This document shows, piece after piece, positions 1 to 9,865 of a stretch of DNA of 64,000 nt. The DNA is from Takakia lepidozioides (lineage: Eukaryota; Plantae; Bryophyta): NCBI GenBank assembly GCA_030704615.1, contig CM060731.1:53878001-53942000 (forward strand), given 5' to 3'. The translations under genes were made by a program, and so were the position numbers. How positions within the stretch are numbered: position 1 is the stretch's first letter; each line of letters opens with the position of its first letter. The notes under the pieces were generated by a model, which saw only the letters and a program-made list of their open reading frames with translations, was not told where the DNA came from and made no database searches.

Positions 1-2
1 CT

Positions 3-228
3 GTATGCGATTCAGACTCTGCTAGGAATCAAGGCTCCACACTAAGTGCACATCCAGCCGCGGAACACGAAGCTCCACTGGGAGCATCGGATGAGGTTGC
101 AGTGCCTCACCGGGTCACCGAGATAGAAACTGGAATGGGCTCATCCTGCGATGTGGCCTATGTAAAAATGCTGGAGAGCTATGTGGTGCAGTTGAAACTT
201 CAGAACACGGTGCTGCAGTCAATTGATG
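3..228 (+). CDS. Probable internal exon of an unidentified host gene running in from the left edge
   Basis: Open frame VCDSDSARNQ...VAYVKMLESYVVQLKLQNTVLQSID ending at a canonical G|GTAAGT donor (228/229). Confidence 0.35.
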
Positions 229-720
229 GTAAGTGTCTCTGAGCTTGATGGGGGTGACAGAGCCAAACTGATAGAATGTTACACGGTATCTAGGTTTGTG
301 TAGCCATTCCGCACTTTTTCTGATCCTTCATCACTGTCTTCCTTCTCGCTTGCCAATCCTTGATGCAGCACTTTCTGATGCCGACTGATATACCAGTCAC
401 TGCAACTTGAGAGAAAACCTTGTAACTAGTGACATCTCTGTTCATCCATAATGAATGAAAAGCCGTCCCATTTTTTTCCTTTCATTCGTTGTTCAACCAA
501 TGGATCAATGTTTACATCTGTTTTTGACACATTTTTTTCTTGGCACTAATTGCCATGTTTTCCTTTTTTCTGTTTAAGGTAGGAGACCCGAGCCACAGGG
601 GCCACAAGGGATTGAACCCCAGACCCACATGGCAATGCATAGGATGCCATACCACCAATATCTATTTATTTAGCTATCTTTTTCTCGGATCAATTCGACA
701 ATTTGAAAAATAAGCACATC

Positions 721-947
721 GGCTGGTAGCTCAGCTGGTAAGTGCACGGTGTGTCGCCCGGTGGTTTGGGGTTCAAACCCGCTGCCCCTGCCCCTGCCCC
801 GTGTGTGGGTTTGTTCGTGACGGTATGTCTGGGCGTGGATCGTCCTGTAGGCCTCATGGCCCATAAATGAAAGGGGGTTAATTTTTCCCCCTCCTCAAGG
901 GCCTAAATTGTGGGCTGTCGCTGTTTATAAAAAAAATTTAAAAAAAA
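721..947 (+). mobile_element. tRNA-derived SINE
   Basis: Pol III A box TAGCTCAGCTGG (~727), B box GGTTCAAACCC (~770), non-tRNA body and an A-rich tail at 928-947. Confidence 0.7.
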
Positions 948-1144
948 CTTGAGGCAAAGGGTACCATACCCTGAACCCTGAAGAGAAATAGCAAGGAGAG
1001 AACAAGGGTCCATCAGGAGACATACCTACATACCTACCAACAGAACAAGGGAAGCACAGATCATAGAGCAAAGAGACAAGAGCCATCCTTGCTTTCCTAA
1101 ACACAAAAACAAGCTACCCAGGACAAACATCGGACACGATCGAT

Positions 1145-1303
1145 TTGACCAAATTGAATCCTCTGACCGCGTCTGGTTCTGGTACATTATTCCAAGACTT
1201 GCACACCAACTGTTTGCAATTGGCGAGTGTGATCCGTAAAGAGCCTGCCATTGTTTTTCTTTGTATTTTATTGGATCTCCCTCTACCCAAAATTCGCCCC
1301 TCT
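1145..1303 (+). mobile_element. Probable upstream piece of the LINE remnant that continues at 13024
   Basis: Peptide ...ILLDLPLPKIRPSL joined to ...CIWMTKKHDIFFCLHVKLGYCLL is roughly colinear with WFLNVPLSLLHFDPE..SW...PFFAYNIKMGYFLL in the related LINE at 20205-21400. Similarity is weak. Confidence 0.35.
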
Positions 1304-2828
1304 TTACCCCCTAATGGACGAGCCCGTTTTTGGTGGGCCCATTCCAAAACGGAGCATGCGAGGTGTTTGAGGGCATGTTTGACATTTGACAAACATCCAT
1401 GGGGATGAACCCTATGAAAGTAATCCTACCTACTTCAAGAAAAAATTCAGTTGATTTCAACGTGTCATTATGAAGATTATAACAAAAATGCAACCTGTAA
1501 ATGTTTATTGTGCTCTAGTTTTGGAGTGAAAAGATGGTTTGACCAAGCAATTGGCCTGGCAAAATGAATTTTCATTGATACAGGCCACCCACATTCTAAT
1601 TGTCTGGCATGTACAGCACCTTGGGCCAAAATTCCAGAACCAAATTCCAAAACAAAAAAGACCGTCCATTACAATTGACCCCAAATCTGCCTCAAATGTG
1701 TCCAAATTTCATCACAAGGTGTAAATTCCTCTGATCATATTTTTCCTTGCGTGGAAACTCACTACCATAAAAAAATTGGAAGCATTCTAACCTATCTACA
1801 TGCATAGATTTCCATTTGGGCCAATTTCTACTTGAATCCGAATTCCGGGGAACTCATGCCTGAGCCGGCAGAGGATTCCGGCCCAAAAAATCGGGCTACG
1901 TCATCGATTTATGGGGAATGCATGACAGGGCCCCAAAACGCAGCACCCGACGAACACCAAGGGAGGCCCTTTCTTTCATCGTGCAAACCTACAAGTAACC
2001 AACCGTCCAATTACCAACCGTCTGAGCTCCCTTCCCATGTCACGACTGCCTGCACCACCCCCAACCCAGCAAAAAATCATGCACACCACAAGCACAGAAG
2101 GTGTTTCCAGAACTGAGGGGGAGTTGAACCCCCTAATCTGCCCTATCTGTAGACAATCCCCCCCCCCCCCCACCTCTCGCTCCCCTATGCCCAAAAGTGA
2201 AAGCCACCCAAAGACCTGCAGTGCCTTCCTCCCACTCCAACGGCGCAATGGCGTGAGTGCGCGAGCGTACGCTCACGCCAGCTGACGAGGCGTGAGCCTG
2301 CACCCACGCTGACGTGGCGTGAGTGTCATGTCAGCATGCTGATGTGGCGACAAATGATGACGTGGCACTGTCCGTCATCTGCCATGTCAACATTAACATG
2401 CGCCGCCTATAACCAAAGATGGTCCTATGACTGTGGAATTAATGCAGGGAATCTTGCCTAAATAGAATCAAGACTACCATGAGGCCTACAATTGTAGCAT
2501 CCAACATTGTGCAATTACAAATGCTTATTTCACTTTTACAATTACGAGGACGAGAAAATATCCTCACAAAGTGTGCGCCATAGAGGCTGCCACGGGAAGA
2601 CCTTCCTCCCTCCTCAAATAACAATGAGAGTTAGGATCATCTTCAAAAGATGATTGTAGTGCATAGCGACAGCAAGACATGTAGACTTCGAACGGTGCAA
2701 TGACAAATGTGTTTTTAAAAGTTGTCACTCAGTATAGTTGGAGGCCATATCATTGCACCGCCGACGAATTGATGTGAATTACACATTTCAAATCATGGTC
2801 GTCCACATACCACATTGCATAGTTGATG

Positions 2829-4060
2829 TTACCCATGTGTTGTATCCCGCTGCAATAGAGTATCGACCTCGTTGAAACTCATAGTGGCCTGGTGAATGAA
2901 GTTGTCACGTTTGGGATCGCAAACCATCCTCTTCAAAAATATGAAATACAAATGTTTGCAGGGTATGAATTTACCTCTCTTGCCCAAACTGGTTGATAGC
3001 ATATTCACAAAATCAGGACATGTGCAATTGGGGAAATTGGAAACCGTGATGTCATAGGTCCTGTCATGAACAGCAGATGTGGAAGTGATGATTGTGAATA
3101 CCCGACCATATCCTGGATCGGGTACTTCCGTGGTGCTTCCAACACGAGCTTGGAGCATTCTTGCGGACTCCACTTTGCCAAAGTGTTCAGCGGTTGGAGG
3201 GAAACGCCAAACGAGCTTTCCATCTCGTTTGGTTGGCCACAAGTCAGGATTTGCCGGGGGGGACCCGGGAGGACGCAGAAGTAGTAGCACATGCATGGAG
3301 TTGGGGTTGTCTCGCAAGGGAAAAGCCTGCCTCCTCCAGCATTTCAATCTCCTGAAATCTGAGATGTGTTCCTACCTTCACGGGCCAAACGGTTGGAGGA
3401 GATGGCTTCATCACTACGGAAGGACGCACAGTTCCATGTACATATTTGGCACAATCATCTGCGCAGAACCAGAACTTGTGATTCTTGGCTTTTGGTTGAC
3501 CATATGGACGCATCAAACCCATGAAAGTCGGAGCAGGTTTTTGGGCACCACCTCTAGATATAGATGAAGTGCACTTCTCGAAATTAGTTGCCCTGATCGC
3601 TGTACATTTCACACGAGACCTACACTTGTGCGTTCTATGTGCCAAACGTGGTCGGGGCATGCGGACTCAAGCACATCAAGGGGGTTGTTTCTCTCCTGCA
3701 CCATTTCAGTGGCACTGTTTGATGCTGGAGCTTACCGTCGTGTTGGAGGTTCCTCCACAATGGAGGTTCTGGACATGGAGCTGTCATGCAGGGGAACACG
3801 AGGCTTCGAGAAGTTATCACGGTCTGCCATGTACGAATCGGAATCCAAACCAGGTGGAGTGTTCAATTTCCTCTGACAGGAGCCGAATCTCTCCTCCCCT
3901 TCAAGATGTAGAACTCTAGAAACAAGTGGCATTCCCTGGGCATACATGTTCACCGCCCGTGCTATCTTGATTGGATCCCCAGATCTGTTTGCAGCACACA
4001 ACATCAACTCCCATTTGTCCGCAGGATCAGCTTTGCTTGTGTAGATGGTTCTGAATTTGT
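2829..4060 (-). pseudogene. 5'-truncated SWIM zinc-finger gene, putative C-terminal part of the element 1 transposase
   Basis: Colinear ORF pieces 3732-4007, 3244-3660 and 2829-3347 broken by a stop and frameshifts. SWIM motif YDITVSNFPNCTCPDF...IPCKHLYFIF (CxC...CxH). Confidence 0.75.
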
Positions 4061-4160
4061 TTCACACCATTCATTGTGAGTTGAGACGAGACAGAGTGAT
4101 GGTCGTTACCGCCGTTCACTATTTGCACATTACTCAGTCAGATTGAATGACATCGTGTAG

Positions 4161-7100
4161 AAAACTGTGAGGTCCAAGCCTACAGGATCAGAGGGGAAAG
4201 GATCTGGAGATGGGGATGAGTCTGGAAAAAGCTCAGAGAATAACGATGAAGCAGATGAATCTGAAGTGCACTACCTTGACAAGGTGAAAGAACTCATGTC
4301 ATTCCAGAAAGTAAACTCTCAGGAGGTTATAAGGGTCGTATCTGGAGGGCGTCTGGACATCCCTCTATGCCGGATGATATCTATGTCTGTTGTGTGTCCA
4401 CCTCTTTCCCATGACATAACAAAATTGGAGAGTGATTTCGTGCATGGATACAGACTTGGTGCACAAGTTTTTTATGTGTCACTGACGGATATAAATGGGA
4501 AAAGCACATTAGTGTCTCCAGAGATCAGTGATACCTGGGATGAGTGCTGGAAAGATGCTAATGAGGAGTTCGAGCTGGGCCTCATGATGGGAAAGAACAC
4601 CCAACAATTATGCAACCACATGTTCTACGTCTGGGATGGCAACCACCGATTGCTGGCATGGATGGGATACATTCAGAAACATCATGCGAAAGACAAAGAC
4701 AAGCATGTTGCTGTGGAAGCAATGGTTTTGGATCCAGGAAACGACATCGCTAGGCTTCTTACAGCTATGCACGACGTGAACAAGTAAGTCATCCTAGAGA
4801 CTTCATTCCCTCTGTAGTGTCTTGTTAATCCCAAAAAAACAGTGTTAAGGAATGCAATGTTTCCAATGTTTTTGCAGATCGACAGAGAAATCGCACGTGA
4901 CAACAAGCTTGGTCCACACACTATTTTGAATTCAGAGGATTGGTCTGATGAAGTTGGATGATTTTCGGACAGTACTCCCCCCCAATATAATCAAGAAGTG
5001 TGAAACAGGAAGAGCTGCAGGCACTTGGTATTCTTTGACTCGAGAGGCGTTTCTGGAGTACATGTATGCGGTAAGCCCAAGTTTGTACTCAGTTTACTTT
5101 TCGAATACATGTTTGTAGTCCCTTCGGTGCTAATCACTATTTGAATCAATGCAGCAAGAACTGGCAGAGGCAGCTGAGAAGGGAAAATCCGAATATTACC
5201 GCACTACACCAGAGGAACTAAGGACATCAAAGGGTGTGGAAGCAGCAATAAAAAAGGAGTTTGAAATGCGAAGAACCAAATTGATATCCGCCTTCGGAAA
5301 GCAGCTTAGAATAGTAGATCCTGGACTTGGTTCTGAGTTCCTTCAGCAGATCAAATCTCACTATGACAAGCATGTGCATCCGGAGATGCAGCAGGAGAAA
5401 TTGCACCGGCTGGCCATATCCATGGTCGACCCACAAACAAAAATAAGGTGGCTGGAGATATGGAACTCAGATCAGGCAGTAAAGGACTTGAATCAGTTCC
5501 CAAATAGCACCATACAGCCTGGCACAAAGGTGGAAGGAATCAGTGATTTGGTGTTTGATAACTGGCTCCACAAGGCTACATTTTGGAATCAGGTGTGCAT
5601 TCAAATAAGCCGTTTTCTTTTCTTCAATTATGTGATGAGTATCTTATTTGCAATACTGACAAATATACAATTTGCAGCTGCACTTTTTGGGAAATAATTT
5701 GGCTTCATAAGGATTGTAATCATAGATCCAAATTGAATGTCGTTGACGACATTTACTTCTTTGTCTGAGTCATTCTTAAGCGAGAATTTGAATTCACCTA
5801 GATTAGGAGCTTAGGGTGTAATTATAATGTCCCTGATTAGAATTGATAATGTCCCTGAATGGCATTGACGACATTCACATCCAGAGTTGTTAAGAGGTCC
5901 TCAGAGTTATGTAAGTTTTTGTAATGTCCATAGAGTTTACAGCGAGGGTTCCTCACTCCAGTTTGCTGAATGTCAATGCAGACATTCAGTTGTTCTGCAA
6001 TGCTTTTGCCTCTTGCGAGAAATCTTGAGGCTTGTTTAGCTGTGTTATCAGAGATCCAAAGTGAATGTCGTTGACGACATTCACTTCTATGTCTGTGTCA
6101 TTCACTAGCGACAATTTGAATTTACATGGATTAGGAGCTTAGGGTGTATTTATTGGTTCCTTGTTCGGAATTTTGTGAATGGAGTTGACGCCATTCACAT
6201 CCAGTGTTATTATGAGGTCCTCAGTGTTATGTTCGTTTGGAATGTCCATTGAGTTTTTAGGGAGGGTTCCTTACTCGAGTTTCTGAATGTCGTTGCCGAC
6301 ATTCAGTTTCCATCCAATGATTTTGCCTCTTTTGAGAAATCATTAGGCTTGATTAGCAGTGTATTCACAAATCCAAAGTGAATGTCGTTGACGACATTCA
6401 CTTCTATGTCTGTGTCATTCCAAAGCGAGAGTTTGCATTCATGTGGATTAGGGTGTATTTGCAGTATCATTGAATGGAATTTTTTGAATGGCGTTGACGA
6501 CATTCACATCCAGAGCTGTCGCGTGGTCCTGAAAGGTCCTTGGAGCAGTTCTCAGAGCCATTTCATTCCATGTTTTTTTCATTTTGTTCTACTTGCATCT
6601 TACTCACTTCGCGCTTTGGTGGGTTGGGATTTATCTCCTGTTTAACAGGTACACGAAATATGTGCTTATGGTAGGAAATCACCTGAGCGGTATTCCCGAC
6701 TATCTTGACATGTGGTCGGACCCTGCAAACAATCCAACCATGTATACTGCAGGGATATTGAAGGACTGGAGTCCTTCTCACTTCAGAAACTGTGGCTGGT
6801 ACCTTGACTGCCCACCGGAGCACACGATCTTTCAAGAACAGCACATGAAATATTTGAACAATAATGCTGAGATGCTGGCGCCTCTGACTGACGAGCAGTA
6901 CCAAAAAAACATAGCAACATTGGCTGCCAAGGAGCCTGATGCTCAGGGAACGCCGCAGAAGGGAAAGAAGGCGGGCCGCAAACCAAAAGACAAGGCTCTT
7001 GATGTCATAGCCATCTCACCAGCAAAGCCAAAGGACAAAGACAAGTCCAAAGAGAAGGAAAAGGACAAGGGGAAGGAGAAAGAAAAGGAGATGGAGAGTG

Positions 7101-8473
7101 GGCAGGACTTCACTGCTGGAAGATATACCCGCACAGTTCAGTGCATGTTCGATGCCAAGCCACACCCTTCCCGTTCTGATTCGGTAGGAGAGAGTAAAAT
7201 TGTCAATGAGGGTTGGCTGGCGATGATGCAGAGTCGAAAGAGAGGATACACTGGGGTGCCTTCGCCTACCTGGGACAACATAATCTCATTCCTCAATCTG
7301 GTGAGAATTCCAGTTTCTTTCCTTTTTCTCTGAAAGTTTCATTGGCAGTATTTCAGTCTGGTTCTTTGAAAACATTCTTCATCGTTCTTAAAATAAACAT
7401 GTCTGTTGCAGGTGAGCACTGGTCCCACCTTCGTGTGCGGTGTGCAGAAAATATATGCGGCTGACATTGTCATTCTCGACATCCCGGATGGCCAGGTTGT
7501 GCCAGAAGTTCTTCCAAAGGGCAAGACGCCAGGCTGGAACAAATTCAAGGGACACTTCTGCTTTTTCAGTCATGTGACAAAGATAGTCGTCGGGCATTGG
7601 CATCATACCTGAAGTCTTCAGGGTTTGAAGTTTTGCGCACATGGAATTGTGTGAACAGCCTCTACCTTGTGAAAGGGGGTTTCTCTGGTCAGCCGGTATG
7701 CCGTCTCCCTTCTGCTTGTGCTTTCATGATGAGTTTCAATGTTCTCTGCAGCTCCACTCTAGAAGAATCTATCATGATCGTCACCGATCATCACCAATTC
7801 GTGATATAAATGATTGTTTTATGCCTGAGTTCTGAATAGCCGATGTACACACTTCCACTATAGATTGTGTTTACCACACTAACCTGCTATCTTTGGCAGA
7901 TGAGGATGTTCGAGGCGATCTGCCTGCGGAGGATTCGCACCTCAAAGACACTATCCTCCATCCGCAGCTTTGAGATTTCTGACCAGGGTTGTTTCGTCAA
8001 CCCCCCCTATGAGCCGCATGTCGATGACATTTTGTACAACTTCATGCAGTCCAGTCAGACTCTGAAGAGACCAGATGGCACTCCCTGGAGAGGTGCAAAG
8101 GAAAAATCCCCAGCGATCATGCAAATACTGTTGGAGTCATGCAGCCACAACTCTACACGGGTGGTCGATCTTTCTGTGTCCACAGGTTCATTCTCTCCCT
8201 TCCGAATTGATTTTCTTTCACCAGTTCCATCTGCTTAAATTCCCCCACCAAACTGTTCATGTCCTCCTGTCTGGTGCAAGAGCAACTTACCATGCATGCA
8301 AGGCAGGCGGAAGAAGCCTTTTTGGCATGGAGGGTGATTCTGACCTCTACGACACAGTGCTCCTCCCCCTTTTGTCTGGCTCCACTTCAGGCACACAGAC
8401 TGATCGGATTCAAATTCGAAATGATGACGATCCCAAAGATAAGCAGGTCGACAACGACTTTTTATGTGAGTAA
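4161..8473 (+). pseudogene. Multi-exon ParB/Srx-like domain + beta-class (N6_N4_Mtase-like) DNA amino-methyltransferase fusion, decayed
   Basis: Exons approx 4161-4783, 4878-5070, 5155-5592, 6649-7300, 7412-7695, 7900-8185, 8280-8473 with GT..AG introns. ParB-like IPLCRM...YVWDGNHRLLAW. MTase-like ADIVILDIPDG, GFEVLRTW and KEKSPAIMQILLESCS...RVVDLSVSTG|ATYHACKAGGRSLFGMEGDSDLY. Lesions: TGA at 4927, frameshift near 7550, last acceptor AG>AA, phase mismatch across the long intron. Confidence 0.72.
5724..6540. repeat. Intronic ~325-bp tandem repeat (about 2.5 copies) containing eight spaced palindromes
   Basis: Unit starts near 5724, 6053 and 6370. Palindromes of type TGAATGTCGTTGACGACATTCA at ~5734, 5856, 5966, 6061, 6176, 6283, 6378, 6485. 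Confidence 0.85.
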
Positions 8474-8567
8474 GTGCTAAACCCCCTTTGGGAGTCATAC
8501 TCAATTTCTCAATAACATCAAAGTTACAATAATAACTTTTTCAGGCTGTCTTTCAGGAAAGGCAGCG

Positions 8568-8804
8568 GTGGATCTTCAGGAGATACAGTCATTTGTGGCG
8601 AGTCTGTTTTCGACAGCCCCCTTTTCCAATTTTCTGCTTCCTGATTATGTCGAAGCAATGGCACTTCACACGGCCGAGTCCCTATCCCCTGAATTTTTAT
8701 TGCCCGGCCGTAGGTGTAGCCAGTGTAGATCCGGAGTTCTTAAATACTTAGACTTAGATGCAGAGGAAGCGGGGATACATTGTACTGACTCTGAGTCAGA
8801 CTGA
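8568..8804 (+). CDS. Small ORF or terminal exon inside element 1, function unknown
   Basis: 78-aa open frame with CxxC and an acidic KYLDLDAEEA..DSESD end, preceded by TTTCAG acceptor-like sites. Confidence 0.3.
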   Translation: MDLQEIQSFVASLFSTAPFSNFLLPDYVEAMALHTAESLSPEFLLPGRRCSQCRSGVLKYLDLDAEEAGIHCTDSESD

Positions 8805-9529
8805 ACTATGTTCTTTTAATATTTTGTTTCATCCTCTTTGGAAAACGTTGAATCCCCTTCCTCCACCGTAGTTGTTCCTTTGGAAAGAAAAATAATCAAA
8901 GAATCAACTACCATTTAAATTGCAATATGTATGAATCCATCTCACAAACCTCCCTCACTCTTGTCATATCCATTGTGCTTTCATCTACAGTGTATTCATG
9001 CGTGCTCCATTCATGAATGTTTTACTTTGTTCAACATCCATTGTACATTCATCCTCTGTACTCTTTAATCCACCCCACAAACCTACCACACTCATGTCAT
9101 ATACGTTGTGCATTCGTCTAAAGTTTTAGTCATGCATCTTCCTGTCATGAATGTTTTCCATTGCTCAACATCCATTATACATTCATCCATTTGACTCTTA
9201 TCCATCCCTCATTCATCCATCTACATTCATTTTTCACACTCATCCATCTGTTTATCATCCAACTGTACATTCATCCATCCTTTATTCATCTGTTGCTTTC
9301 AGGTGGGAATGACCACTGCCTTTTATTATGTCGTCCAGCTTGTTTCCGCGGTAAAGGGTGCCAATCCGCGGGAATACACTCCACTTCTTCCTGGGCGCGT
9401 GGTGACGCGGTCTTCAAGTGTGACGACGTGGAGTGAGCCCCGTGATGTGGCATTGGCGCAAGGTGACGTGGCGTGAGCGCAGTTGCGCTCACGCGCTCAT
9501 GTGACTAGGCTCACGCCGAGGCATCCCTG

Positions 9530-9780
9530 CTCCCACTCCCCTGTGCCCAAAAATCGAAGCCACCCAAAGGCTGCCCATAGAGGTGCACTGCTTCCCTCCC
9601 TCCGCTCCTCTGTGCCTAAAAATGAAAGCTACCCAAAGGCTGCCCAAAGACTTGCAGTGCCTCCTTCCCTCCCGCTTTCATGTGCCAAAAAATGAAAGCC
9701 ACCCAGGCTGCCCACAGTGTTGCAGTGCCCCCCTTCTTCTCGCTCCCCTACTGTGCCCAAAATGAAAGCCACCCAAACCA
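9530..9780. repeat. ~60-70-bp degenerate tandem repeat of the piggyBac 3' region (another unit at 2178-2237)
   Basis: Core CTGTGCCCAAAAATGAAAGCCACCCA repeated four times here and once on the far side of element 1. Confidence 0.8.
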
Positions 9781-9865
9781 AACCACCGTAAGGCATGCCT
9801 TACACACACGCGCGCCCACACAACAAAACGCCAACAGAACACGACATCAGTTTACGCTGGAAATG

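Larger units (their letters stand above)
2238..9529. mobile_element. Mutator-like DNA transposon (element 1) carrying SWIM and ParB-methyltransferase genes, nested in the piggyBac
   Basis: 9-bp direct repeat CTCCCACTC at 2229-2237 and 9530-9538. Ends CAACGGCGCAATGGCGTGAG and (reverse complement) CAGGGATGCCTCGGCGTGAG align without gaps. GCGTGAG/CTCACGC motifs cluster at both ends. The insertion splits a ~60-bp tandem array of the piggyBac. Confidence 0.8.

Noticed and set aside
721-790. Functional tRNA gene
   Set aside because: A and B boxes are present but there is no convincing cloverleaf; it continues into a body and A tail like a SINE.
7999-8010. NPPY as the catalytic motif IV of the methyltransferase
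   Set aside because: It lies in the variable region shortly before motifs X/I. The strand-plus-DIPD at 7478 fits the beta-class position better. Kept only as a possibility until homologues are aligned.
4161-8473. Bacterial or phage contamination explaining the ParB-MTase
   Set aside because: The gene has several GT..AG introns and is embedded among plant transposons.
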